DNA of 64,000 bases, from NCBI GenBank assembly GCA_018401875.1, contig JAGYJZ010000008.1, positions 67,090-131,089 on the forward strand, given 5' to 3'. Made by a program: the position numbers and the translations under genes. Source of the stretch: Salibacteraceae bacterium. Lineage in GTDB: Bacteria > Bacteroidota > Bacteroidia > Flavobacteriales_G > Salibacteraceae. The notes beneath the pieces were generated by a model. It searched no databases. It was not told where the DNA came from and worked only from the letters and a program-made list of their open reading frames with translations. How positions within the stretch are numbered: position 1 is the first letter of the stretch; each line of letters starts with the position of its first letter. Shown here one piece after another: positions 38,517-48,437 of this stretch.

Positions 38517-38885
38517 CTAAATCCGATCGACCTCCTTACGTGTCAATTCACTTACTGCATCACCCGTATTGATTGTATCAAGAGGTTCAAAAAGCATAAC
38601 ATGCACCTCCTCTTCCGCCACAGGTCGATGCTCTACACCACGCGGTACGATGATCATTTCGCCTTCACCCACACGCACTGTTTTGTCTCTAAACTCCAAG
38701 TTAAACCAACCTTTCACCACATAAAACAGCTCATCTTCATTGGCATGACTGTGCCACACAAATGGCCCTTTAAGCTTTGCCAGAATTACTTTCTGCCCAT
38801 TTAAAGTACCGATCATGCGCGGGTGATAGTGATCGTGAAAAAGATCAAATTTCTCAGCGAGGTTTATTTTTTCTATCGTATTCAT
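38517..38885 (-). CDS. Cupin domain protein
   Basis: FVWHSHANEDELF, VPRGVEHRP. Confidence 0.9.
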   Translation of the reverse strand: MNTIEKINLAEKFDLFHDHYHPRMIGTLNGQKVILAKLKGPFVWHSHANEDELFYVVKGWFNLEFRDKTVRVGEGEMIIVPRGVEHRPVAEEEVHVMLFEPLDTINTGDAVSELTRKEVDRI

Positions 38886-38896
38886 GGCTATCTGAT

Positions 38897-39880
38897 TTAG
38901 GCATTATCATAGTTTAACCCGATCTGATCGCTCACGCGCTCAAGCATTTCACTCAAATCAAGACTCCTCTGATGCGAGTGTTTCTCGCTCTCGATGAGGC
39001 CGCTTCTCAAGCAGCGATGAACCTCAATAATTTCATGTACGTAGCCATTTCCAGCGTACTTCACCTCTACTACCTCCTCAGGTTGTCCGTGAATGCGCAA
39101 CGTCAATTTCTCGGAATGATGAAATTTTGAGTGCAGAGTAATAGAACCATTGGTTCCATAAATATGAGCCTCTGTTGGCGTGTTTGCTTCAATACTCGAC
39201 TCCAGGGAAGCCTTCGACTGATGATCATAATGAAACATCATCGAACAGTAGCCATCAACACCCGAAGGAGTAAACCGCGCTGCCGCAGAAATTTCGTTTG
39301 GACTGCCGAGCGTCAATAAACTCAAATAGATCGGATAGATACCCACATCGAGCAGGGAACCACCACCAAGTTCTTTGTTATAGATCCGTCCATCAAGATC
39401 ACGTGCTGCTTTAAACCCAAAATCAGCCCGCATAAAAATAATGTCGCCAATGGTTTTCCGCTCCAATAGATCGATCAGCTTTTCGGTGGCAGGAATAAAC
39501 CGTGTCCAAAGGCCTTCCATCAAAAACAATCCTTTCGACTTCGACATTTCGATCATTTTCTGGGTTTGAATGCCATTCATTCCCATTGGCTTTTCGCACA
39601 GTACAGACTTGTTGTTTTCGAAGCATAGCAAGGTATGTTCAAAATGAAACACGTGAGGCGTGGCGATATAAATAACATCAATTTCAGGATCTGCAGCCAA
39701 TGCCTCGTATGATGCATAACTTTTTTGGGTGTTATAACGTTGTGCAAACTCCTTCGCCTTAATGCCATCCCTCGAGGCTGCGCCAAACAATTCGGCCTGC
39801 TCTACCAGCGCTAAATCATGCGCAAATATGTGGGCGATTTTCCCCAAACCGATGATTCCCCATTTGATCTTTTTGCTCAT
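38897..39880 (-). CDS. Gfo/Idh/MocA family oxidoreductase
   Basis: WGIIGLGKIA, YIATPH, LCEKP, GGSLLDVGIY. Confidence 0.92.
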   Translation of the reverse strand: MSKKIKWGIIGLGKIAHIFAHDLALVEQAELFGAASRDGIKAKEFAQRYNTQKSYASYEALAADPEIDVIYIATPHVFHFEHTLLCFENNKSVLCEKPMGMNGIQTQKMIEMSKSKGLFLMEGLWTRFIPATEKLIDLLERKTIGDIIFMRADFGFKAARDLDGRIYNKELGGGSLLDVGIYPIYLSLLTLGSPNEISAAARFTPSGVDGYCSMMFHYDHQSKASLESSIEANTPTEAHIYGTNGSITLHSKFHHSEKLTLRIHGQPEEVVEVKYAGNGYVHEIIEVHRCLRSGLIESEKHSHQRSLDLSEMLERVSDQIGLNYDNA

Positions 39881-40000
39881 AGAAATTTAAAGGTAGAATA
39901 ATGCTGAACGATTTCATTTGTACGGTTGAATTTTTCGAATGACACCGAGTTAAAGAACCTTGTAACCGATCAATCATTTAAAAAACCTATTTTGTCTTTC

Positions 40001-40582
40001 ATGTTACCACCAAGAATTCAAAACAACCGTATTGAAGCTGGCTGCGATGAAGTAGGCCGAGGTTGCTTGGCAGGACCTGTTGTGGCCGCTGCAGTAATCC
40101 TTCCGCCCACATTCAAACACGAAGCTTTAAACGACTCAAAACAACTGAGTGAAAAAGCGCGTCTGCAACTCACAGAAATTATTAAAAACGAAGCACTGGC
40201 ATGGGCAGTAAGCTTTGTTGAGCCTGTCATCATTGACAGAATCAACATCTTAAATGCTTCGTTTCTCGCGATGGAAAGGGCGGTAAAGAAACTCCACATC
40301 ACCCCTGAACACCTGCTGATCGATGGCAATCGTTTCCGATCTAAATTACCGATCGCGTATACCTGCATCGTGAAAGGCGATAGCAAAAACGGTTCAATTG
40401 CTGCGGCATCCATTTTAGCTAAAACCTACCGTGACGAATACATGAAGCGCATTCACGAAGACTTTCCAGCCTATGCTTGGTGCAGCAATGTTGGCTACCC
40501 TACCAAAGCCCACCGCGAGGCAATTCGCACTTTTGGACCAACCGCCTACCACCGAAAGTCGTTTCGACTGCTTCCCGATTAA
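40001..40582 (+). CDS. rnhB: Ribonuclease HII
   Basis: [34 protein letters not shown]. Confidence 0.95.
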   Translation: MLPPRIQNNRIEAGCDEVGRGCLAGPVVAAAVILPPTFKHEALNDSKQLSEKARLQLTEIIKNEALAWAVSFVEPVIIDRINILNASFLAMERAVKKLHITPEHLLIDGNRFRSKLPIAYTCIVKGDSKNGSIAAASILAKTYRDEYMKRIHEDFPAYAWCSNVGYPTKAHREAIRTFGPTAYHRKSFRLLPD

Positions 40583-40675
40583 CTTCCGTTCGACCTCTCT
40601 TGGATTAACAGTTCCGCGCTAAGAACACTTTATTTCAGCAAAACACACAGGGCAAATCGTGTCTAAATTTGCAGC

Positions 40676-42976
40676 ATGAGATGGATTATTGGCATCGTTA
40701 CGTTAACCCTTTTAGCTGTTGTGGGTTGGTTTTTATTTCCGCGCATTGCACCCGTCAATGCACCCGACCCGCTCGACATTCTTCCTGAAGACACTTGGTT
40801 GGTTATGGATGCGAATGCATCGGCTGCACATGCCTTGTTTTCAGACAGCACGAGCCTTTTTCGCGACCTTTCCATCATCGAGTCGTTTCAGCACGTGATC
40901 ATCAATGCCGATCAAAAACTGATTGAAAAAAACCATCGTGTTATATTTTTCCTCTACGGATCAACAGAAGCCCCAATGCTCGGTGTGATCGAATCAGCAA
41001 AAGAGAAAAATGCCTTGTTGAGGGATTTTTTCACTGAACACATCTACTTCGGGAAATACACCATGCACAGCAATGAGCTGCTCAACACCACCATTCGAGA
41101 AAACAGCGGACTGAAAAAACTGCTCCGTGCAACAAACAATACGGAAGTTTCCATATGCGCTAAACCCCAACGAATCATCGCGTATTATTCTGAGCAATTG
41201 GCTCCTGAACTAAAACTAATCCTCGCGCATGAAATCGTTACAGAAGATTGGGTAGGATTTGACTTACGTGAAAACGCAAACCTGTTTATGGCGAACGGCA
41301 TTGGGTCGAGTAAAATGGATGAAACTGGCAAGAAAAGAGACCTGAACCTATTGCGCTACTTACCCGCTAAAACGGGCATCGCTGTGCTGAGTTCAACAGA
41401 CTCAGCGGCTTTCGCCATGGCGTATTGCCCCTACTCCAACGAAGGTGAAGTCGAACACGAAAATCTATTCTTGTTGGTATCAGAAAAAGAACCCTCTACG
41501 GCTTCATCTGAAGATCAATCGTATCAAGGAATTCCCATAAGCATTGGCCCGCTGCCATCGGCAATGAGTTTGTTGGGCTTGGCTTGGAATGATGAAGCTT
41601 ACATCGCTCGGTTGGGTTCGGTGAGCATACATGCGGCTTCATTTACGCAGCTAACAAAGCTGATTGACGACTATCTAGCCGATGACAAATTGATTTCTTC
41701 GCCTTCATTCAAACACATCGAACCGGCCATTTCTGACGCGAGTTTCACCTTCTATATGAGGCCCGAAATGCTCTTTCAGAAAAACCCATTCATCACCAAC
41801 GATGCAGAATTGGAAAACATAAACACGCTCGTTTTTCAGTCGTTTAGCGAATTACCGCTGCAAAAATTTTACGCATTATCCATCGTACACCACGCCAAGT
41901 TTGTGGATAAAGCTTCTACACTTTGGCGACTCCTTCTCGACACAACCATTGCTGCAGGGCCGTGGGGTTTTGAAAACCATTACACGAAAGAAAACGAAGT
42001 AATTATTCAAGACGCCAAGCACCAATTATACCTCGTTAATAAAGACGGGAAAACACTTTGGAAACAACGTTTGGATGCGCCCATCGTGGGAGACGTGCAC
42101 ATGATAGATGCTTACAAAAGTGGCAAGTATCAAATGCTCTTCAATACAACTTCAAGCACCTACCTGCTCGATCGAAACGGTAAAAATGTGGGCGATTTCC
42201 CACTCAAACTAGAGGGTAAAACTGCCGTCAGCCCGACCATTGCACAATACGACTCAAAAGGCGATTACCGCATCCTGATTGCCGATGGCAATAGCATTCG
42301 CAATGTTGACGTAGATGGCAAAGCGATCAAAGGATGGAAAAACCCCACTATTAACGGAATGGCTGTTTCACCCATCCACTATTTAAACTACGCGGGTAAA
42401 GACTATTTGACGGTAATCACCAATGCCAACAGCATCTACTTCTTTGATCGCGCAGGCAGTGAACGCATCAAAAAACTACAAGCCGACACCTTGGCAATGG
42501 CCCTCACGCTGAGGGAAGGAAAAAGCTTAAACGACTGCGCCTTTATAGGATACGACAGCATCGGAAACATCCATACCACTCAAATCGGAAAAGAAAATCG
42601 CGTCCAGAACATCTTGCCATTGGGCAGTGATGTAGGACTTTTGGTCACCGATCTTATTGACCACGCGTTTGTAACTGTTAAGAAAGACAAGGTGCTTTCG
42701 CTCAACAGAGATTTAGATGTGAAACTTGATTTTCTGTTGCCGGAAGAACTCAGCAAAAACATCCAAATTTTGTCGAGTCCAAAAGGATGGATCGGCTGCG
42801 AGAGCGCAAGCAATGATCACTTTTACATGCTCGACTTAAAAGGGAACATGCTGGATAAAATGCCATTGAATGGTGCCGGCAAAGCGTTGCTTTTGGATGT
42901 TGACAAAAACGGAAGCCAAGAAGTATTGATTGGGGATGGAAAGCGCGAGTTGATGGTGTATAAATTGGCCGACTAG
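40676..42976 (+). CDS. Membrane-anchored hypothetical protein with C-terminal beta-propeller-like repeats
   Basis: N-terminal TM helix; NHYTKE...QD, YLLDRNG..V.DFP motifs. Confidence 0.7.
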   Translation: MRWIIGIVTLTLLAVVGWFLFPRIAPVNAPDPLDILPEDTWLVMDANASAAHALFSDSTSLFRDLSIIESFQHVIINADQKLIEKNHRVIFFLYGSTEAPMLGVIESAKEKNALLRDFFTEHIYFGKYTMHSNELLNTTIRENSGLKKLLRATNNTEVSICAKPQRIIAYYSEQLAPELKLILAHEIVTEDWVGFDLRENANLFMANGIGSSKMDETGKKRDLNLLRYLPAKTGIAVLSSTDSAAFAMAYCPYSNEGEVEHENLFLLVSEKEPSTASSEDQSYQGIPISIGPLPSAMSLLGLAWNDEAYIARLGSVSIHAASFTQLTKLIDDYLADDKLISSPSFKHIEPAISDASFTFYMRPEMLFQKNPFITNDAELENINTLVFQSFSELPLQKFYALSIVHHAKFVDKASTLWRLLLDTTIAAGPWGFENHYTKENEVIIQDAKHQLYLVNKDGKTLWKQRLDAPIVGDVHMIDAYKSGKYQMLFNTTSSTYLLDRNGKNVGDFPLKLEGKTAVSPTIAQYDSKGDYRILIADGNSIRNVDVDGKAIKGWKNPTINGMAVSPIHYLNYAGKDYLTVITNANSIYFFDRAGSERIKKLQADTLAMALTLREGKSLNDCAFIGYDSIGNIHTTQIGKENRVQNILPLGSDVGLLVTDLIDHAFVTVKKDKVLSLNRDLDVKLDFLLPEELSKNIQILSSPKGWIGCESASNDHFYMLDLKGNMLDKMPLNGAGKALLLDVDKNGSQEVLIGDGKRELMVYKLAD

Positions 42977-43965
42977 CGTTCGGTGAAAATCGAACCCAAC
43001 ACACCGATTTTTCTGATCTTCAATTTCTGTCCAGCAGTTGGAATATCGCTTTCAACCAAGTCGTTCAGCTTTAAAATGGTTTTCATCTTTACTCCGTATT
43101 TCTGTGAAATATCGCGAACGGTTTCACCTTGCTGCACGGTGTGAAATTCTTCTTTGGCATTGTTGCGCTTCGGTTGCAAATACACCACTTCGCCTTCGAT
43201 CAATCGGGCACCTTTTGACAAGTCGTTGTATTTCAGAATTTGCCAACGTCCCATTTCGTAGCGTTCAGCCAACGACTCGGGCGTGTCGCCTTTCTTGGCC
43301 ACAACAAACTTTATGTTGTTGTCGCTCACGTCAATCGCTCTTACATTGGACACTTGGGCAACCGGTTCGATGCGCTTTTCAGACTTTGGCGTTTTCATTT
43401 CTGCTACGGTCTCGTTTTCAGGAAGTTTCTTTACGTGATCGTATTTGTGCAGCTCATTCTCTTCGATTATCTTGATCAAGAGCGGTCCGTACTTCGGGTT
43501 GGTGGCATAACCTGCCTGTTTCAATCCGTGTGCCCATCCTTTGTAATCGGTGTGTTTCAGTTCAAATAAAAACGCATAGCGATCGCGCGTCATTAAAAAC
43601 TCACTGTGATCACGGTAGGAATCAAACGCTGAATAATACTTGCGAAAACACTCGTTGGCTTCGTCATCATCCTGAATAAATGTTGGTCCTTCCCAACCTT
43701 TGTGGCATTTGATCCCAAAATGATTGCGCGCATACTTCGCCAACGGACTATTGCCGTAGTCGCTCTCCAACATTCCTTGCGCTAACGTGATGCTAGAAGG
43801 AATTCCTGTGGCGTGCATCTCACGAATGGCCTCATCTTTAAACTCTTCGATATAATCCGACTTAGACATACGCGGTTCGGCAGGCTGCGATTGGGCCTGA
43901 ACGGTGAAGAAGAATAAATTTCCGACAATAAATAATGCCGACAGAATGTTACTTTGCATGCTCAT
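42973..43965 (-). CDS. Glucosaminidase (GH73) with LysM domains
   Basis: ITLAQGMLES, NHFGIKC, AGYATNPKY, HTVQQGET. Confidence 0.92.
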   Translation of the reverse strand: MSMQSNILSALFIVGNLFFFTVQAQSQPAEPRMSKSDYIEEFKDEAIREMHATGIPSSITLAQGMLESDYGNSPLAKYARNHFGIKCHKGWEGPTFIQDDDEANECFRKYYSAFDSYRDHSEFLMTRDRYAFLFELKHTDYKGWAHGLKQAGYATNPKYGPLLIKIIEENELHKYDHVKKLPENETVAEMKTPKSEKRIEPVAQVSNVRAIDVSDNNIKFVVAKKGDTPESLAERYEMGRWQILKYNDLSKGARLIEGEVVYLQPKRNNAKEEFHTVQQGETVRDISQKYGVKMKTILKLNDLVESDIPTAGQKLKIRKIGVLGSIFTER

Positions 43966-44054
43966 TAAAGCTTAGAGCGAAAATATTGAGTTATTAACGG
44001 AGTTTTCAACAATTTGAATTGGGTTATGAACAATTGCGGTGTTAATTAACAGAA

Positions 44055-44972
44055 ATGGAAGGACTGGTTACAAAGAGCACAGGGAGTTGGTATAAGGTGA
44101 GGCTGAGCGATGGGAAAATCATTGACGCCCGATCGCGGGGAAAATTACGCACCGCAAATTCGCGAAATACCAACCACATCACCGTGGGCGACATTGTAGA
44201 AATTGACGAAACCGGAGAAGACTTTTCCATTTCAATGATCCACGATCGGAAGAATTACATCATCCGAAAATCGACCAACCTATCGAAAGAAACCCACATC
44301 ATTGCCGCCAACATCGACTTGGCGATTATTGTAGCTACGCTGAAAGAACCCAAGTTAAAATTCGGTTTTGTCGATCGGTTTTTAGTGACCGCTCAAGCCT
44401 ATCAAATTCCCGCGATCATCGTATTCAACAAAACCGATTTACTCAGCGCCAAGGAAATGGACTACCTCACTGATTTGCGCGAAGCCTATCGAAATATAGG
44501 CTACGAAAGCGAGGCGATTTCTGTGACAAATAGCGAGGGAATTGATCGAATTCATGAAATCATTAAAGGAAAAATTACCTTGTTCTCAGGCAGCAGCGGT
44601 GTGGGCAAAAGTTCATTGCTCAATGCGCTTAACGCAGATATTTCAGCCAAAGTGAGCGTGGTTTCGAGTTCGAATGAAAAAGGCCAACACACCACCACGT
44701 TTGCCGAAATGTACGAGATCAATCCCACGTCATTCATCATCGACACGCCCGGGTTAAAAAGCTTCGGACTCATCGATATGGAACCGGAAGAACTGAAAAA
44801 CTACTTTCCAGAAATGGTGCGCTTGAGCAAAAACTGCCGATTTGGAAACTGCAAACATTTGAACGAACCGGGATGTGCCGTAAAACCCAAATTCGAAGAA
44901 AGCCGCCTGCCGATATTTAGGTATGAAAACTACGTTCACCTGTATGAAGAATTGAAAGGTCTCAAGCCATGA
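44055..44972 (+). CDS. rsgA: Ribosome small subunit-dependent GTPase A
   Basis: NKTD, GSSGVGKSS, GQHTTT, DTPG, CRFGNCKHLNEPGC. Confidence 0.96.
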   Translation: MEGLVTKSTGSWYKVRLSDGKIIDARSRGKLRTANSRNTNHITVGDIVEIDETGEDFSISMIHDRKNYIIRKSTNLSKETHIIAANIDLAIIVATLKEPKLKFGFVDRFLVTAQAYQIPAIIVFNKTDLLSAKEMDYLTDLREAYRNIGYESEAISVTNSEGIDRIHEIIKGKITLFSGSSGVGKSSLLNALNADISAKVSVVSSSNEKGQHTTTFAEMYEINPTSFIIDTPGLKSFGLIDMEPEELKNYFPEMVRLSKNCRFGNCKHLNEPGCAVKPKFEESRLPIFRYENYVHLYEELKGLKP

Positions 44973-45421
44973 GAGCAATTATTCAACGCGTTTCACAGGC
45001 CAACGTTGAAGTGAATGGCAACACAATGGGCAGCATCACCATCGGACTTTTAGTATTACTGGGCATCGAAAATGAAGATTCCGAAGAGGATGCAGAATGG
45101 CTCGCCAATAAAATCGTTGCCCTGCGGATTTTTGCTGACGATGAAGGACTCATGAATCGTTCGGTAATGGATCTAAATGGTGAACTTTTAGTCGTGAGCC
45201 AATTTACGCTTCACGCCAAGTATAAAAAAGGAACCCGCCCAAGCTTCATCCGCGCAGCACGCCCTGACCACGCTATTCCACTCTACAACGCATTCTGCCT
45301 CACACTCGAAAAACTTACCGGAAAACCGACACAAACAGGAGAATTTGGAGCCGACATGGATGTACATTTGACCAACGATGGTCCTGTAACTATCTTCATC
45401 GATACAAAAAACAAAGAGTAG
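44969..45421 (+). CDS. dtd: D-aminoacyl-tRNA deacylase
   Basis: MRAIIQRV, SQFTL, FGADM, NDGPVT. Confidence 0.97.
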   Translation: MRAIIQRVSQANVEVNGNTMGSITIGLLVLLGIENEDSEEDAEWLANKIVALRIFADDEGLMNRSVMDLNGELLVVSQFTLHAKYKKGTRPSFIRAARPDHAIPLYNAFCLTLEKLTGKPTQTGEFGADMDVHLTNDGPVTIFIDTKNKE

Positions 45422-45424
45422 CAC

Positions 45425-46825
45425 GTGTTATTCAATTCATTGCCTTTTCTGCTGTTTTTGCCCACCGTGGTGGCAATGTATTTCATCTTGCCACACCGCT
45501 GGCGATGGATGCTACTGCTTGCAGCCAGCTACTTCTTTTATGGCTACTGGAAAATTGAGTACTTGGGATTAATCCTTTTCAGCACCATCGTTGACTTTTT
45601 TACCGCTCAGTTTATCGCATCTTCTGAAACGCAACTCAAAAAGAAAATCGGACTTTCAATGAGCCTCTTCACCAATTTAGGCTTGTTGGCGCTGTTCAAG
45701 TATTCGGGCTGGTTTATGGCCGATGTGCTCCACCCTATTTCCGCGGTAAACGATGCTCAACTCAACGATTTTCAATCTTTCTGGACGTTTGCGCTTCCCG
45801 TAGGAATTTCGTTTTACACCTTCCAAACGCTCGGCTACACGATTGACGTGTATTACGGTAGGGCAATTCCGGAGAAAAACCCATTTAAATTTGCCTTGTT
45901 CGTCAGCTTCTTTCCTCAGTTGGTGGCTGGACCAATCGAGCGGTTCTCGCACTTGCACCATCAACTTTTCACAGAGAAAAAATTCGATTACAGCTTTCTA
46001 CAACACGGTGGACGACTGATTCTCTATGGATTATTCATTAAAATGTGTGTGGCAGACAACATCAGCCCGATCGTAGACCAGGTATTTGAACAGCAAAACG
46101 ATGCGTCTTCCGCGCAACTGATCATTGGAGCGCTGCTTTTCGGCATTCAGATTTACAGCGACTTTCACGGTTATTCGCTCATCGCCATTGGCACAGCGCG
46201 GCTTCTTGGCATTGCGCTGATGGACAATTTCAACGCACCTTACACGGCTACTTCCATCCGAGAGTTTTGGAGCAAATGGCACATTTCGCTTTCCACGTGG
46301 TTTCGCGACTACCTTTTCATTCCGCTTGGTGGAAGTCGGGTATCGAACACAAAATTGGCAGTGAATATTCTGATCGTTTTTATAGTGAGTGGATTGTGGC
46401 ACGGAGCCAATTGGACGTTTGTGGCTTGGGGCGCCATTCACGGATTCAGCTACCTGATAGAGCGCTGGTTCATCTCAAAATACACTGCCGCGTGGTTGAA
46501 GTTTCCACAATGGATGGCCACCATGTTCATCGTGTTTCTTGCGTGGATATTATTCCGCAGCGCATCGATGGAGTCGGCTGCATATTATATTTCAAACGCG
46601 GTTTCATCCGAATCAGCAGGAATTTCAATCGAATGGTCGGCCATCAGTATTTCTTTTATTGGCCTTTTTCTGCTTTCTGACCTTCATTTCAAAAACAGCA
46701 GCATCCACATTTGGCTCAATAAACAATCAGCCATCGCGCGCTGGGCCGTATATGCCTTTTTTATTCTCTCGATCGCAGGATTCGCAGGAACAACCAATCA
46801 TCCATTCATCTATTTTCAATTCTGA
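45425..46825 (+). CDS. MBOAT family O-acyltransferase (AlgI/DltB-like)
   Basis: LPVGISFYTFQ, FFPQLVAGPIER, WHISLSTWFRDY, SGLWHGA. Confidence 0.92.
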   Translation: MLFNSLPFLLFLPTVVAMYFILPHRWRWMLLLAASYFFYGYWKIEYLGLILFSTIVDFFTAQFIASSETQLKKKIGLSMSLFTNLGLLALFKYSGWFMADVLHPISAVNDAQLNDFQSFWTFALPVGISFYTFQTLGYTIDVYYGRAIPEKNPFKFALFVSFFPQLVAGPIERFSHLHHQLFTEKKFDYSFLQHGGRLILYGLFIKMCVADNISPIVDQVFEQQNDASSAQLIIGALLFGIQIYSDFHGYSLIAIGTARLLGIALMDNFNAPYTATSIREFWSKWHISLSTWFRDYLFIPLGGSRVSNTKLAVNILIVFIVSGLWHGANWTFVAWGAIHGFSYLIERWFISKYTAAWLKFPQWMATMFIVFLAWILFRSASMESAAYYISNAVSSESAGISIEWSAISISFIGLFLLSDLHFKNSSIHIWLNKQSAIARWAVYAFFILSIAGFAGTTNHPFIYFQF

Positions 46826-47811
46826 TGCTGGTAATCAAAAAAATAGCGTTGTTGGGACTAGTGCTGATCGCGCTCAACTTTATATACAAGCAATTTGCCT
46901 TCACTGCATTTGTTGAACAGTATGCCGATCAGTATTTGCAGGTCGACAAAATCAAAGATTGTGACGTGATCTATGTGTCGGCATCGAGTAATTTTCCGCC
47001 AGAAAACATCCCAGAAAACGACCCCCGCAAAATTAGCCAGTTCGTTTCCGATCACTTCCCATCGCTGCGATTTGAAGCCATCAACAAGCCTGCTTCGCAT
47101 GCCGGTGTGTATCGCCATTTGTTGGCACTATTTCCTGAAGAATCAGAAGCCAAGACATTTGTAATCGCCATCAACTTGAGGTCGTTCGGCCCGAGCTGGA
47201 TCAACTCTGAGCTGGAAACGGCACTCAACCAATCGAATGTGTTTTACAACCAACGGCCTGTGCTATTGAACCGCTTTTTATTGAGTTTAAACTCCTATGA
47301 CAATGCAAGTGCTGAAGAAAGAAGCGCCACGATTCAGCACCATTGGAGCGTGGACGAATTGCCTTTTCCCGCGCCTAAAAATACTGTCAATAATTGGTGT
47401 GCCGTTGAAAAATGGGGCGATTGGAGAAACCCCAAACGCCAACTGGCCGATCAATTCATCAAGCAATTCGGCTTTGTGATTGATGCGGAAAACCCGCGTG
47501 TAAAAGACTTTGACGCGATGTGTGAGGTTGGGCGCGCGCGAAATATTTCAATCGTATTTAACCTACTGGCAGAGAATATCGAAACGGCCGATTCGCTCGT
47601 TGGCCGTGACCTCACACATCTGATGCGTCAAAACACCGCCTGGTTGGTCGATCGTTACACTTCTAAAGGTTTTCGATTAGTCGATAATTTGGATGTTCTG
47701 CGCGAACGAAATTTCACTGACAAAGACTTCCCCACCGAGCACTATGATGAAGAAGGAAGAAAAATTATCGCCAAAAACGTAGCCGAAGCGCTGAAAGAAC
47801 TGCACCCATGA
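46825..47811 (+). CDS. Periplasmic SGNH/DltD-like partner of the MBOAT
   Basis: N-terminal anchor; YVSASSN near the N-terminus and TEHYDEEG near the C-terminus at catalytic-motif positions; coupled to the MBOAT stop. Confidence 0.55.
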   Translation: MLVIKKIALLGLVLIALNFIYKQFAFTAFVEQYADQYLQVDKIKDCDVIYVSASSNFPPENIPENDPRKISQFVSDHFPSLRFEAINKPASHAGVYRHLLALFPEESEAKTFVIAINLRSFGPSWINSELETALNQSNVFYNQRPVLLNRFLLSLNSYDNASAEERSATIQHHWSVDELPFPAPKNTVNNWCAVEKWGDWRNPKRQLADQFIKQFGFVIDAENPRVKDFDAMCEVGRARNISIVFNLLAENIETADSLVGRDLTHLMRQNTAWLVDRYTSKGFRLVDNLDVLRERNFTDKDFPTEHYDEEGRKIIAKNVAEALKELHP

Positions 47812-48146
47812 ACAAGGAAATGACCATCAAAGAAGCCCAAACAACCATAGATCAATGGATCAACACCATTGGTGTGCGATACTTCAACGAACTGACCAAC
47901 ATGGCCATCCTCACCGAAGAAGTGGGCGAAGTGGCGCGCATTATCGCCAGGCGTTATGGCGAACAAAGCGAAAAAGAAAGCGACAAAAACAAAGACCTCG
48001 GAGACGAAATGGCAGACGTGTTATTCGTATTGATCTGCCTCGCCAACCAAACGGGCATTGACCTTACTAAGGCCCTCGAAAAGAACATCGAAAAGAAAAC
48101 GATGCGGGATGCGGATCGGCATAAGGGAAACAGGAAGATTAGTTGA
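47808..48146 (+). CDS. MazG-like nucleotide pyrophosphohydrolase
   Basis: LTEEVGEVAR, EMADVLFVLICLANQ. Confidence 0.92.
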   Translation: MNKEMTIKEAQTTIDQWINTIGVRYFNELTNMAILTEEVGEVARIIARRYGEQSEKESDKNKDLGDEMADVLFVLICLANQTGIDLTKALEKNIEKKTMRDADRHKGNRKIS

Positions 48147-48178
48147 AGAGTGAAAAGTTAATGAGTAGCACACAGTTA

Positions 48179-48223
48179 GTGTCTCACTGAGGGCGCTCGC
48201 AGAGCGCGTCTCGAAGTGGACAC
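48179..48223. repeat. REP-like palindromic element
   Basis: GTGTC-tCACTGAG-gGCGCTC-gca-GAGCGC-gt-CTCGAAGTG-GACAC nested hairpin. Confidence 0.45.
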
Positions 48224-48384
48224 GGTAATTAGGAATTAGGCGCGAGGAACGAGGGATAGTCAAAAGGAATAAGTTAGAATTAGGTTCATCGTTTAAGGTT
48301 AATTCGTTTTAAATTATGAATCGCCTTCAGCACTATTCCTCGTCCAGAACGCATAGACACCACTTCACTCCTAACCAATAAAAC

Positions 48385-48414
48385 AAAAAAACCCCGTTGA
48401 GTGATCAACGGGGT
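48385..48414 (-). terminator. Intrinsic terminator of the pyrophosphatase gene
   Basis: AACCCCGTTGA-gtga-TCAACGGGGTT with an A-run on the + strand. Confidence 0.85.
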
Positions 48415-48437
48415 TCCTTCAAAGTAGTAATCGTAAT

